64,000 bases of DNA. Source: Vicugna vicugna (Eukaryota). Below are positions 1 to 13,600 of this stretch, in pieces (within the stretch, counting starts at the first letter, position 1; every line of letters starts with the position of its first letter). The DNA lies in assembly GCA_013265495.1 (NCBI GenBank), contig MU058636.1:6731741-6795740 (forward strand). Direction: 5' to 3'. Position numbers and translations under genes: made by a program. The notes beneath the pieces were generated by a model. That model saw only the letters and a program-made list of their open reading frames with translations. It was not told the origin of the DNA and ran no database searches.

Positions 1-3000
1 GAAGGGTGTTGGATTTTGTCAAATGCCCTTTCTGCTTTTATTAAGATGATCTTTACAAAGAACCAGCTTTTGGTTTTGCTGTGTTTTCTCTCTTGTTTTT
101 CTTATTCTCTATTTAAGTAATTTTTCCTGGAATTCTTAGTGTTTTCTTCCTTCCTCTTATTTTATGTTTAGTTTGTTCTTTCATTATCCAGTTTTATAAG
201 GTGGAAGACTTGCTTTTTGATTTAAGGTCTTCTTTTTTATTATAAGTACTTATAATGCTAAGTTTCCCTCAAAGTACTGCTTTGGACCCTGCTTATATTT
301 TGATATTTGTATCTTTATTTTCATTCATATCGAAATATTTTATAATTTCCCTTTGACTTCTTCTTTGACACTTTTTTTTAGCAATTTGGTGTTTATTTCT
401 ACAATATTTTTGAATTTCTGAAATTTCTTCCTATTTGTTTCTAATTTGATTCCATTTTGGTCAGAGAATGTACTCTGTTTTATATTTATCCTTTTAAGTT
501 ATTCAGGATTGATTTACGGGTTAACATTGGTCTATCTGATGTCTGATGTACAGTTAAGAATTACATGTTCTGCTGTTCTTGGTGGAGTGTTACAGAAATG
601 TCTTTTAGGTCTAATCACCTTACAGTGTTCAAGTCTTCTGTTTTTTTGTTGACTTGTGCCTAGTTATTCTATCCACTCTTCAAGTTGGAAATTGAAGTCT
701 TCAGCTATTATTATTACCTTGTCTATTTCTCCCTTCATTTCTGTCAGGTTCTTCATGTATTTTGGTGCTCAGTTGTTAGGTGCACATATGTTATCATCTT
801 TCTGATGGATTGACTCTTATTATTATTATTAAATGTCACTCTACCTCTAATAACATATTTTGCTTTAAAATCTGTTTTCTCTGATATTAGTACAGCCACT
901 GCAGCTTTCTTGTGATTTGTTGATAAATTTCCCATTGCTTTTACTTTGAATCTATTTTTGACTTTGAATCTACAGTATGACTCTTATAGAAATACATTGT
1001 TGGATCTTATTTTATTATCCAGTCTAATAATCTCTGCCTGTTGAGTGGATTGTTTATTCCATTCACCTTTAATGTTGTTGGATTTATATCTGTCATTTTA
1101 TTTTTGTTACCTTTATCTCATATTCTTTTTATTCCTTTATTCCCCTTTACTGCTTTCGAGTTGAATATTTTCTAATGTAGCATTTTCATTTAATAATTTT
1201 TCACTCCTTTTTTTTTGTTTTTACTTATTACTTAATGGTAGCTATTGACTTACCATTTACATTTTTGCTTATCAAACTCAGCTTCAGACTTAGACTGACG
1301 TAATTCCAGTGAGATACAGAAATGTTTCTCCTTATAGATCTATTGTGTTTTTCTTCTTTTTGTGATATTGTTACACATAGTACATATTAGTATTGGTTAC
1401 AAACCCAACATTACATTATTGTAATTATTACATTATGTAATTGAATGTCTTTTAAGGAAGCTGAGAGAAGAAAGAAAATCAACTGTATGTTTATAGCTTT
1501 TGTTATATTAACTTCATTTTTCATTTATGGATTTCCTCATTTGTTCACTTACCACCTGGAGTCATTTCCTTAGCTCATTATGGCTTTCCCACCCATCTTC
1601 TTTGTGTTGTTATTAGGAAATATGTTACAATTCTGTGTTATAAGCAAAACCATACATTGTATACATACTATTTCATAAAATTGGTTTGAAATAGTTAAGA
1701 GGGGAAAAGAATAAATATGCGTTTATACCATGTTTTATAACTATGACTACTAGTGCTCTGTTTTTCATGTGGATTCAAATTACTGTCTGAGTCAATTACT
1801 TTTAGCTTGAAGGACTTCCTTTGTATTTCTTGTAAGATAGGTCAGGTAGCAGCAAATTATCTCAGTTCTTATTTGTTTGGGAATGTATCTTACTTTCCTT
1901 TTAGATATGAAAACTAGATTTGCTAGTTATAAATTCTTAGTTGATAGTTTTTTCTTAGAGTATTTTGAATGTTTTATTCCTCTGTGTTTGGCCTCTGCTT
2001 TTTTCAGATGAGAAGTCTGCTGTTGATCTTATTGTTATTCTCTTTAAGTAAAGAGTCATTTTTCTCATGCTGTTTCTAACATTTTCTCCTTGTCTTTACC
2101 TTTCAGTATCAGTATGATTTTTCTGTTTTGGATTTCTTTGCTTTTATCCTTCTCTTATCTGTTTCTGGTATTCTCATTCTTCATATGTAGTACACTTGGT
2201 TATTTCCCAAATTTTTCTTAAACTCTGGTCGTTCTTCACTCTTTTTTCTCTCTGGTTTTTGGATTGTGTAATCTGTATCAGTTTATCTGTATATTTGCTA
2301 ATTCTTTCTTCTACTTGTTCAAATCTACTGCTGAGGCCCTCTGGAGAATTTTTCAATTTAGTTACCTTTTTCAACTCCAGAATTTCAATTTGGATTTTTT
2401 TTATAGTATCTTTCTCTCTGAGAAAATAATACTAAATTTCAATTTGATTAATATTTTAAAGTATCAATTTTATTAATATTTTAATACAATAGTAATTTTT
2501 GTAATACTTTCCCAGTATTTAGTTTTATTGAGAGGTAATTGACATACATCACTGTATAAGTTTAAGGCATACAGCATGATGATTTGATTTACCTATATTG
2601 TGAAATGATTATCACAGAAGGTTCAGCTAACATCCATCATCTCATATAGATACAATATATAAAAAGAAAAGAAAAGAAAACTTTTTTTCTTGTAAAAAGA
2701 ACTCAGAATTTGTTCTTTTTTGTATATATCAGTATCTATCTCTTAAGTGATGTACTCTATTGTGGCGTTGTCATCATAACTATATTTGCTTCTCTAACTA
2801 TGGTTTCTTTAGTTCTTGAAACGTATTTTTAACAGCTGCTGTGAAGTCTTTTTCTCTGAAATCTGACATCTGGTTGCTCTCACTAGCAATTTCCGTTGCC
2901 TGCTTCTCTTCCAGTGTATGGGTCATGTTTTCCTGTTTACTTCTATGTTTCTCAATGCTTGGTTTGAAAATGAACATTTTAGACAATGTATTGTGTGTCT

Positions 3001-3100
3001 GGGTACTAATACCCCCCTCCCTCTCCAGAGCTTATTATTTGTTTATTTCCTGGATGGACTACTTTAGTGTTCTTTTAAAAAATATTTTTTCTTCAATATT
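1..3100 (-). mobile_element. Old degenerate LINE-1 with ORF1 and ORF2 remnants
   Basis: Minus-strand peptides KKAAVAVLISEKTDFK (ORF2 endonuclease-like, 753-935) and KLKNSPEGLSSRFEQVEERISK...QSLRKIWE (ORF1p coiled-coil-like, 2174-2374); AFDKIQHP reverse-transcriptase motif at 3-27. Confidence 0.88.
2510..2730 (-). mobile_element. L1 3' end fragment nested in the older L1
   Basis: ttttattgag...tgtataagtttaaggcatacagcatgatgatttgattt...tgtgaaatgatt, a typical reversed L1 3' UTR terminus. Confidence 0.7.
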
Positions 3101-3479
3101 TGCAAGAACTCACCATTGAATCTGCACCTGGAGTATTCTCTATATTAAAATTAAAAATTATAAATACAGATTTGTAAATTGATGTCACAGAATTCATATT
3201 TTGTATTTCTTCTCTGAATGTTTTTAAATTTTACTTTTTAAAGAATGTATACATTTCATTTATATGATTCTGTTTTTGGAAGTTGGCCATAGTTTGTTTT
3301 ATGAACTCAAATATGTGTCTTCTTTGCTGGTTGTTCCATGTGTTCTTGAAAAGAATATGTATGTGCTCTTGTTGTATATAATGTTCCATACTGAAATATA
3401 CTGAAGTGTTCTATACTTAAGAAAGCTGTGTCATATATTACTCTTTTGAGTGTAACTAGTAAAAATGTGTTCACATCCT

Positions 3480-3690
3480 CTTTTTTCTTCTAAAAAATTA
3501 TAACAGCTTTATTGAAGTATAATTTACATGTCAGAATTCATTCAAGTATACAAGTAAATTATTTTAAGTAATCTTACAGAGTTGTGCAAACATCACCACA
3601 ATCCAGTTTTAGAACATTTCTATCACCCTAGAAAGATCTCACATGCTGTTGGCAGTCATTCCTCATTCTCTTCCCCATCCTACTCATATA
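3480..3690 (-). mobile_element. Old L1 (L1M-type) 3' end fragment
   Basis: acagcttttattgaagtataatttac...gttgtgcaaacatcaccacaatccagttttagaacatttctatcacc. Confidence 0.7.
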
Positions 3691-3883
3691 ATTTTATGTA
3701 ACAATTCTCTTTTGGAAAATCCTTAAAGTAATAATCCAATAAATATTGATATTTATGCACAAATCTGCTTACTATACCTTAAAATATGTTTGAAGACTTA
3801 GACGTGATCTGTATACTGCAGCTGGGATTAAGATAAGAAAATTATTATATTTACATAGTGGATTATATAGTTATAGTCATTTA

Positions 3884-4172
3884 TTTTTTATTTTTATTTT
3901 TTTAAAAATTATTTTATTGAGTTACAGTCAGTTTACAATGTTGTGTCAATTTCCAGTGTAGAGCACAATTTTTCAGTTATATACGAACATACGTATATTC
4001 ATTGTCACATTCTTCTTCACCATGAGCTACCACAAGATCTTGTATATATTTCCCTGTGCTATACAGTATAATCTTGTTTATTTATTCTATATATACCTGT
4101 CAGTATCTACAAATTTCGAACTCCCAGTCTGTCCCTTTCCACCCGCCTTCCCCCGGCAACCACAAGTTTGTA
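3884..4172 (-). mobile_element. Younger 5'-truncated L1 3' end with target-site duplication
   Basis: Poly(T) tail then ttttattgagttacagtcagtttacaatgttgtgtcaatttcc...; flanked by TATAGTCATTTA (3872-3883) and TACAGTCATTTA (4173-4184). Confidence 0.85.
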
Positions 4173-5719
4173 TACAGTCATTTAAATTGAATCATATTTT
4201 TAAAAATCTTAATGTGTTAGATATAATTAATTGTGATATGAAATTGTTTTGCTACTTTAAGCCAAAGTATGGAATAATGATCTATGTACTATGGACTGAA
4301 AAAATTAAGATCATTTTTTCCCAAATAAGGTTAGATTTTAGTAGACATTTTAAATATTCTATAACTTGTAAGAGAATATTTTAAACATTTTTTTTCCTTT
4401 ATAAGCAGTATGAACAAAATGAAACTAAAAATTTTTGCCTGATAATGGAATGTACATACATTCCAGCAGTGTTAAAATACAGACATGGAGAGCTGTGTGT
4501 TACAATACATTTTGCAGTATTTTATTTCAATCATTATTTTTAGAAACCATATACTCTTGAGTTCTTAAGTATTATAGTTGTAATACCACCAAAAGCAAAC
4601 AAACGAAAAGGATAAGAAGTATCAATAAACTACTTTAGACCAATTGTCTTTAAAGGATAGTAATCATGGGCCAGATTTACTTAAATTCACTTAAATTCAT
4701 TGAATATTATAAAATAAAGTGTATCAGTAATTATTAGTACAAGACTTTCAGCTCAAAAGGCTTGTTTTCAAGGTCAGTGTTGGACAAAGGACATGGGTGA
4801 TTTCGTATTTATACTTCACGGCCCCTTTGTTTCTCAGAACAACCAATTATTTTATATATACAATATATAAAGGAAAACTGTGCATCTTCTCTGAACAGAG
4901 CCAAAGAAAAAATATTTAAATAGACAAAAACTGAAAATGGTAGATTTTAGTAATAATAGAAAAACCACAGTTTTATGATTAGTGTCCAGAAGGAAGACCA
5001 AAATTAAGGAAGATGAAATAGGGTAGTGTGGTTTTAATGTTAAGAGTTAGGGATGGATGATTTTATTCTAAATTCTGAAGTTTTCCTGAATAAGAAAAAG
5101 TCATTTAAAAGTAGTGTTTAATTGACTAGAGGAAAACTAAAATGATTCCATTAGGATGAATTTTCTCATACAATTTTACAATTCAGAAGACATTCATTAA
5201 AGCTTTTCTGTGCACAGAGCACTATTATAGGCATTATAGAAGATGTAAAACTGTAAATTATCTTTAAAGATCTTACAGAGAAGTAAAGGGAGAAAGACAT
5301 AAAAATAAAAAGTAAAATTGAATCAACATATAATTATGATAAAATCTGTGAACACTAAGTCCTTTGTGATCATGGAGAAGGGTTCTGATTGTAGGAATTG
5401 GAAAATACTTCAAAGAGAAGATAACTTTAAAACCAGTTCAGAGAGGTCCATGAAGCTTCTAAGATTAGTTTGAAATTCTTATAAATTAAGTGACTTTTGT
5501 TTCTTTTAGTGGGGATTGATCTTCCCTTGATTACCTTTTGTGAATCCATCCAACTCAAAAATGCTGGGTTTTTTTTCTTTTTTGTTCAGTTGGTACTCCT
5601 TAACTGATTCCTTTTACCTATGAGGATGACAGTTAGATTTCATAAACAGCGTTTTAAAACTTGCTATCCAATTTACAAAATTTATTGTTTAATTAATTGA
5701 TTTTTAAAACATTCATCCT

Positions 5720-5858
5720 GGGTTAGAGGGTATGCTTAGCATGCACAAGGTCCTGGGTTCAGTCCCCAGTACTTCCATTAAAATAAATAAGGAAATAAAT
5801 AAACCTAATTACCTCCCCTCAAAACAAAACAAAAACAAACAATAAGTAAAATATTGAA
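5720..5858 (+). mobile_element. tRNA-Ala-derived SINE (Vic-1-like), 5'-truncated
   Basis: tgcttagcatgcacaaggtcctgggttcagtccccagtac (anticodon arm plus B box), AT-rich linker, aaacctaattacctcccc and an A-rich tail; flanking duplication ending ttcatcct on both sides. Confidence 0.85.
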
Positions 5859-8084
5859 AAAAATTTCATCCTTACTCCAGTGATGGAGTAAGTGGTCCTA
5901 GATTTGCCTTACAATTGTAAATAACTATAAAAATAGGCAAAATATATAAAACATCTCTTTTTAGATATTTGTCAATACACATAGCACAGACCAAAGATCC
6001 TTTAGAGGAGAAAAACATTTTGATACGAGTTTCATAATTACCTCAGCCTTGGCTGGGTCCAGTATTTTTATTGAGGCACAAGGAGGTTGAGATCAGGCGT
6101 AGTAAGGTGGTCCAGGTGAGCTGAGGTGGAGATCAGAATTCAGGGCTTCTGAAACAGCTGGAACTTGTGGGGCAGGGTGCTGAAAAGGAGCAAGCTCTTG
6201 GGGTAGGGGTAGAAGTCTTTGCCAGGGTTCCCTGTGTATCCTTTGCCAAGGACAGTGCTGTACATGTACAGTGTGAGAAGCCTTGAGCCCTAAAAGAAAG
6301 CAGGTGTTGCCAGTAACAGAAGAGAGGGACCAGAAGGCACACCGTTGTTTTGAGACTTAGGAAAGCCAATGAGAAAAGATGTTTATGCCCACATCCTCAG
6401 GTGCTCAGTAATCACTGAACAAATCAATGACACTAGTGGTATAGACAATCCAGGGGTTTTCCTCTACTAGATTGTAATCATTCACACATTTTCCCTATCA
6501 AATCATTTCTAAAAAGTTGATCTTTTATCATTCTGTAATATTAGTACTATTGCAATTTAATTTTTAAAAGTTCCAAGCTGCCAAAATATCCATTCTTCTG
6601 TGTGACTACATGTATGTTAAAAAAACTTTTGCTTATGTTAAAAGAAGGAGTTAAATAAAATTGCTTGATATTCACAAATGATTGCTTAATTTCATATAAG
6701 CAGCTTCTTGGTATTAAACATAATACTCTTGGATATTGGTTTGTATCAGTGATGTGTTTCTCTTGTTTAATATTTAAAATATTGCAGTAATTATAGTGCT
6801 GGTACTTGGCACTCCTGCTAATTTGATATATGTCATAACTTTTTGAGGTTTGATTGGTTGAGTCATTTTCAACTATGTCGAAGTACTGACTTCACACATT
6901 GAAATATTCTATGCTAATCCATGTGCCATTTGCGGCATGCTTGTGATTATAATCTTTACTTTCTTCCTTGTTAAGGGCTGGTAATAAGGATTGTAGGGCA
7001 TGTGATGAAATAAAATTCAACAATATATTGAATAATTATTATATTCAAGTAACTGTTCTGAGCGTTGGGGATTAAAAATGATTAAGCTTAAACTCTCTTA
7101 ATGAAAATAATTGTATCTGTAAATGTTTATAATTAAAAGTTGATATGTGTACTGCAAGGGAAATATAATGTGAATACTATTAACGTTTTTTGGAAGGATG
7201 ATTAATTCCAGCTATAGAAGTTTTAGTGACTCTTCATAGAAAAGGAAAAATTTTAAAGTTCTTGAAAAAATAAATAATTTGAAAGGATGAGCAGAATGTG
7301 ATGATATAATGTGAGACAGAGGGCATGATTCAAGGGAGAGGAGCAAGGGAGCACAGGATGTGTTTATGGATTGGTCCATAGTCAGGCATGGCTTCATGAC
7401 AGACTACAGAGTAGAGGGAGTTGAGTAGTTTATGGAGGAATGCAAGGATGATTACCATAGGTTCAAACCAGTTACTAAAGCCTTTGAATATCAAAGTGGT
7501 GAATTTGGGTTTTCCAGTCATGTGGAATTATCAAAAAAATTTTAGCAGGAAATTAGATTGATTATATTTATGTATTTTCCTTGAGTAGTTTGGTGATATT
7601 AGAGTTTGAATGATTATTTTTAATGAATTCAGATGAATTATTTATTCATTTAGAAGAGAAAAATGTACAAGGGACAGCATTGTTTTAATTATACAGCAGG
7701 AAATACGATTCATTGAATTTTGCAGTGTCATTACTGTGTAACATTTGTCACATAGTGATTCTGGGGAAAGCAATAGATTTGTCCAACATAAATTCAATGA
7801 AAAATTGGCTATGTTGTCATTGGTGAAGTTTTCAGAGATTAGTTTTAGAAAATTACATGCCTTAGCTCTTATAATAATTAGATGAACTTAGCTTTCTTTA
7901 GTTTAGCAGTGTTGTGGTGCATTTTCTCATATTTACATTAATTCCAGTTTGGATTATTAAACTTTTCTCAATGAAGCTTTGCCTCATTAGCAACTATGTC
8001 ACAGTTACCTGAATTCAACTGTCATCAATGCAATATGCCATTACCATAAAATTTATGGTAAATGTTTTATGAGTAACATTTATG

Positions 8085-8340
8085 AAAAAATTGCATTTGT
8101 CAAAACCCATAGAATATACAACATCAAGAGTGAACCCTAACGTAAACTATGGAATTTGGTTGATAATAATGTGCCCATGTTGGTTCATCGATTGTACCAA
8201 ATTATGCCACACTGATGAGGGAAGGGGAGTATATGTGTGTGGATGGGGAGGACTATGTGGGAACTCTATTTTCTGCTCAATTCTGCTGTAAACCTGAAAC
8301 TGCTCTAAAAAAATAAAAGTCTATTAGAAAATAAAAAAAT
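8085..8340 (+). mobile_element. Old L1 3' end (L1MC/L1MD-like)
   Basis: catttgtcaaaacccatagaa...gtgaaccctaacgtaaactatgga...aaactgctctaaaaaaataaaagtctatt plus A tail. Confidence 0.8.
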
Positions 8341-8389
8341 TAACATAGAAAATATATAATATTAAGTAGGAAAGGATGTAGTGCTAATA

Positions 8390-8580
8390 ACAGCTATCAT
8401 TTTGAGTTGCTTTTAAAGAACCGGTTATTGTTCATAGTGTTTTATTTACATTATCTTATGTGTTGGGTACGTAGCAGATACGAGGCAAGTAATTTATAGA
8501 TAGAGACACATCTACAGGTGATAGAGTTGGGATTCAAACTCAAGTCTAATTGGTTTTGAAGCTCCTGCTTTTAACTTTAC
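8390..8580 (-). mobile_element. MIR SINE remnant
   Basis: ataacagctatcattttgag...gatagagttgggattcaaactcaagtct...ttttaac. Confidence 0.6.
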
Positions 8581-8610
8581 TGTACTGTACAGACAACATA
8601 GTAATTTGTA

Positions 8611-8723
8611 GGGGAAGGGTTGGTAATTAGGTTTATTTATTTATTTAAACAGAGGTACCAGGGATTGAACCCAAGACCTAGTGCATGCTAAGCATGCAGT
8701 CTACCACTGAGCTATACCCTTCC
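8611..8723 (-). mobile_element. tRNA-Ala-derived SINE (Vic-1-like)
   Basis: Reverse complement reads ggaagggtatagctcagtggtagactgcatgcttagcatgcactaggtcttgggttcaatccctggtacctc..., with A box, B box and taaacctaattacc tail. Confidence 0.9.
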
Positions 8724-8759
8724 ACTACACAATAATTTTTGTTTCTCAATTTTTTTAAG

Positions 8760-9020
8760 TTTTTGTCCAGTTTAATTGAAATATCATTGATATGTAACTT
8801 CTTTTTTAGTTTAAGGTGTACAACATGATTGGATATATGTTTATAATGCAAAATGATTTATCACATTAAAGTTAATTGACACATCTATCTTCTCACATAG
8901 TTACAATTTTTTGCATGTGTTGAGAACTTTTAAAATCTCTCTTAGGAACTTTCAAATATACAATATAGTATTGTGAACTATAATCAACATGCTATAATTA
9001 TGGACCCAGAACTTACTCAG
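8760..9020 (-). mobile_element. L1 (L1MA-like) 3' end fragment
   Basis: tttaaggtgtacaacatgatt...tcacatagttac...gagaacttttaaaatctctctt...tttcaaatatacaatatagtatt. Confidence 0.75.
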
Positions 9021-9668
9021 TTTCTGCAGAGAAATTTAAACTATTTCTAACAATTTTAACAATGCCTTTCTTATTGCAGCTAGCACATCTTCTCATCCTT
9101 TGTATGAAATGGTAACATGTTTTAATGAATATCTCTTCTGGGTTTAAAATGGCTATTGTGATTTTTTTTTGTGGAGTACCATTGATATTCACTATCTTGA
9201 TATACTTATTATAGTAATGACAAATATTTTTATGAATAAATATTTTTTAGTCTCAAATGATAGCCATTTTTCTGTATTAGTAATTCATGTGCCAGGCACT
9301 ATTTATTTGTATAAATACTTTTGAAAGTGTTAACCAGAAAAATTAAATTTATGTTATAAATTATTAAAGTAGATCCTATTTACACTTAATATCTTCTGGG
9401 TTTATATTTTTCTAATAAATTTATTTTATAAGTAATAAAAAACAATAAAAATGAGAATATGAAAATCTGAGTTTGTTTATTAGCATAGTAAAATTTAACT
9501 CCTAGAACTGAAGTGAGAATAACAAAGCAGTATATATGCCACTGACCAGTGCCTGACACATGGGAGGGTCCTAACAAACTGTTATCTTAAATGTTTCTCT
9601 GCTTTAAAACGTAAGAGTGTTACTATGTTACATTTAAAGAGTGTTTAATTTAGGCTTTGTTTTTTCAG

Positions 9669-9866
9669 AGCACCTTCAAGTTTAAATCTGAGAGTGATAT
9701 TCATTTGGCAGAACATCATAAACAGGTTCTGTATGATGGGAAGCTGGCAAGTAGTATCGCATTTACGTATAACGCTAAGGCCACTGATGCTCAGCTTTGC
9801 CTGGAATCATCACCAAAGGAAAATGCATCGATTTTTGTGCATTCCCCACATGCTCTGATGCTCCAG
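9669..9866 (+). CDS. NBEA: NBEA coding exon (198 nt, phase 0/0): [10 protein letters not shown]...HALMLQ
   Basis: tttttcag|AGCACC acceptor and CTCCAG|gtgggt donor; covered by ORF 9657..9875. Confidence 0.97.
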
Positions 9867-10481
9867 GTGGGTTAATAATAGCTTAGTCTTCATCTTCTCA
9901 TCAACACTGTGTCTTTATTTTACATATTAAACATTGTTCATCTATAAACCCCCTTTGCTGTGTGTTTTTCTTTTTTGGTTTTCTAGTTCTTTGAATGACG
10001 TTTTTTTGCCTTCTACCTTTTTTGGCAATATATTTTACCTAGGACTTGTCTCCTTAGTAGGAAATCTATCTTTTCTGTTGTATTATGTGTTCTATATCCT
10101 TTGAAATAAAATCAGTAAATGAGCTAAAGAGATAGTTGTAGACATAAAAAAAAAAGCTTTGCTTTAAGAGTGTATAATTCCCCAACATCAAAATTACCTG
10201 AGTGCCTTTAAATCTATTAACAGTATCTCTTATTCTAAAATACATTTTGATTTGTAGCTTCATATTTTCAGTGTAAAAATCTCTCAACCTAAAATTTAAC
10301 ATTTAAAAGTGATTAGCAAAGATATTTCAAGTTTTTATTTTACGTGTATCAAAATTATACAATTGAGGGTTTTTAAATGTCTATTTAATTTAATTTTCTT
10401 ACAGAGTTATTTGGAATAAGGAAATAGTGATAGTGTTATACTTCAGAAAAATTTAATAAACATTTTTGTTTTTGAACATAG

Positions 10482-10615
10482 GATGTGAAAGCTATAGTAA
10501 CACATTCAATTCATAGTGCAATTCATTCAATTGGAGGGATTCAAGTGCTTTTCCCACTTTTTGCACAACTAGACAATCGGCAGCTCAATGACAGTCAAGT
10601 AGAAACAACTGTCTG
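10482..10615 (+). CDS. NBEA: NBEA coding exon (134 nt): [44 protein letters not shown](C)
   Basis: catag|GATGTG acceptor and GTCTG|gtaagt donor; contains the [12 protein letters not shown] motif typical of NBEA/LRBA. Confidence 0.97.
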
Positions 10616-13600
10616 GTAAGTTTTCTTTGAATATGTAATTTATGGTGTTTTTCACACGCTTAGATTATGCATGGTGCACTTGGTGCTGTGTAAATGTATT
10701 ATAATACTGGTTTTTATTTTTGAAGTGCTAATGAAAGTTTCTTTCGGTCTAAGGCAGGTATATATTTACACAATATAAAACAGTTTGGCATTTAGATTTT
10801 TATGATCACAAAGGAGTGACTTCCTTGATAATAAATTAGAAATTCTCACCACCTGTAGCATAAAGATTATTTTATGCAGTTGAAGAAAACTGTTAGTCCT
10901 AACTTTACCCTTTGCAAATGCTCATGGTTTGGATTGTCCATGAAGTCCTATCAGATTAAACAGAATTACCAGAGTAAAGATTGTTCTCAAGAATAGTATT
11001 TGATGATAGTTACATAATTTATATCTTAAATACTGGTCTTAATCTATAGTGCTATTATCAAAAGACTAGCCCAGTATTAATTGATATTAACTTTTTTTAT
11101 ATATAGTTCATGTTTTAGAACTTAAATCTAACCAGTGATATATTCCATGTTTATGTAAAAATTCAGTATATTCAGTATCTTCTAATTAGGTTGATTTTAT
11201 GTGCAATTATTGTAACTTCCTTTTTTATTTAAAAATTATCTTATGCATCAATTCTGATTTAATCTTATATCTTAGAATCATATATGTTATAAGTTAAATG
11301 TGTATTTTAACAGCTATTTTGACTGCATACATTGCTATATTTGGAGAATTTAAAGGGAAAGCTATATAGGTAAATGTTAATTTTTACTCCAGAATTAATA
11401 CAGAAATGCTTTTTTAGTGTGTACATGTATACATGAGGTTCTCCATGGGTCATCCAATTTTGAATTGGTGGAAAAACTAGTGAGTGAAACCAATATGGGA
11501 AAGGTTTAAAGTCCATTGAGATGTAACGTATGATTTTCTCTTATTAATCATCTAAATTAGCTATTAACGTAATTCTATTTTAGTATTGCTAATAATATTG
11601 TCCCTGTATTGGAACCATCTTTATGTAAAGTATAAATGCAAATATAAATGTGACCTGTACATTTACAACAGTCAGCTTCCATCTATGGATCATGCTTTCT
11701 TTTATATCAGTGTAGTGTAAAGGTTGGGGTTTGGAAGTGAAAAGGAATCCTGGCCACGTCCTGCTGAGATACTACTTTGTTATGAGAGTTTAAATAATTT
11801 TATTGGGAGGCATATCAGCTTAGTGGAAAAATGAAACTTAAAATTCCAGTCCTGAATTTAAATTAAAAATGGTTTGCTCTGTATCATTAAGTGAACCAGT
11901 ACACATTATGATCAGTAATTTAAAGCCTAGTAAGTGCTGTGAAAAGAAGCTAGAGATGAAGTAGCAATTAGAAAACTCTATGTGTAATTTAAATATTTTG
12001 TATGAATTAATATTAAGCCCATAATTATTTTAACTTGAAATGTAATTTTTGCTTTGTGTAGAAAAATTAGAAAGATTATGCAGTTTGAAATGTTATGTCT
12101 AAAATGATCATAATAATTTATATCATCATGAGTGGTTATTATAAAATCTTAGTGCTAAAACCATGTTTAACAGGTTATCTGGTCCATTCATCCAAGGCAC
12201 ATGGTTATTTTTCATTGCATGTCTTCAAAACTCATTTTAGTGTTTATATTATATTTAAATATTTAAATTGTGTTTATTTCATCATGGAGATAAAAGACAG
12301 TGTAAGGGATCAGCATTCTGGTTTTCATTTTGATTTCTTTTTAGTTCTTTTATATCATTCATCTTAATTTCTCCATGTAATAACTTTAACTTTTTCGGTG
12401 ATATATATGTTCTTAGTTTATGGCCAACAGAAAACATATAATTAGAAGTTTATCACTTTCCTTTTTAATAATACTATATACCCAAGTTCAGGCAACCCTG
12501 TGATTCATATATGTGCTATTCTGAATTCTAATCTGATATTTTTCATTGCTTCAAAGCCCTTGATATCTGAGGTTGGCTCTTTAGTGGACAATTGTTTATG
12601 TCAGTAATACAGTTTTTTGTTATATTTGAAGTTTTGAAGGGGGAACCTTTGTAGACACATGTGCATCAGTGATACTGTCTTTCAGTTTTTAAAATACTAA
12701 AGGCAAGTAGTTAAATGGGATGCCCACCTCTACTTGAAGAATGTAGATTCTTAGCTTTAGGGTAAGGATTGATAGAATTTCTTATTTTCTGGCTATATCA
12801 TAAATTCATATATATGAATGACACCTTAAAATAGGATATGTCTGTCATCTTATTTTTAGTCAGTTTTAAACTATTCTAGATGAATGAGAATTGCTTTGAA
12901 CTTTAAAAATCTTCCAGACAAAATTCTATATACCCTTTTTTCTTTTGAATATCTGTTGGTGTAATAAATACATACCTCAAATTGCAATATTACCTAGTTC
13001 TTGTTTACTTTTTGGAGAAATTGAGCTAAACTCTAAAATAAGTTAATTCTCTACTTCTGTGTTTCAAGCTGAAGTATCTTAGTTTCTGTGCACTTTTCTC
13101 CACTCAGTAGTCCCTGTTAATGAAGCTTTTCATTGTTTCTGTAAGCCTCACCTCTGTTGGCACTTTATTATTTCTATAATCATTGATGAGTTTTACTGTA
13201 TATAGGAGGTTTAATATTAAAATGATTCATTGAAGGAATAAACATATCTTCTTTAGTCTTTAAAAATACGCTTTATTTGTGCAGGACAATTTTTGTGACT
13301 GTTTTATCATGAAGGCTGCATATTATAGTTGTTATACGTGTGGACTTTCAAGTAAGATTCAAATCCTTAGTTTACTATTTATTATTAATGGAATATTGAG
13401 TATGTTATTTTTTGTGCTTCACTTTCTACAATTACAAAATTAGAATAATAATAGCTCACTGGACTATTTAAATTAAACACAATGAAATATGTAGATTGGC
13501 ATAGAAGACAATACATCCTGGTTTTGTTATTATGATGACAGTAGGTTAGGCGATCTACAAGATTATCTCTAATACTACAGTTTTAAATATATATATAGTC

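Noticed and set aside
7002..7061. Box C (GTGATGA) and box D (CTGA) spaced like a C/D snoRNA
   Set aside because: There is no convincing terminal stem or recognisable rRNA guide, and the interior resembles a reversed L2 end.
8041..8061. Perfect 10-bp inverted repeat TTACCATAAA-a-TTTATGGTAA
   Set aside because: Short and AT-rich, so plausible by chance or slippage in 64 kb; no functional context.
10405..10481. Upstream acceptor (ttttcttacag) before the 134-nt exon
   Set aside because: The 77-nt extension is out of frame, there is no other support, and such decoys are common in AT-rich introns.
10668..10673. Single TGCATG (RBFOX) motifs downstream of exons (10668; also 36306)
   Set aside because: Isolated hexamers are expected by chance, and the flanking exons appear constitutive because skipping them would shift the frame.
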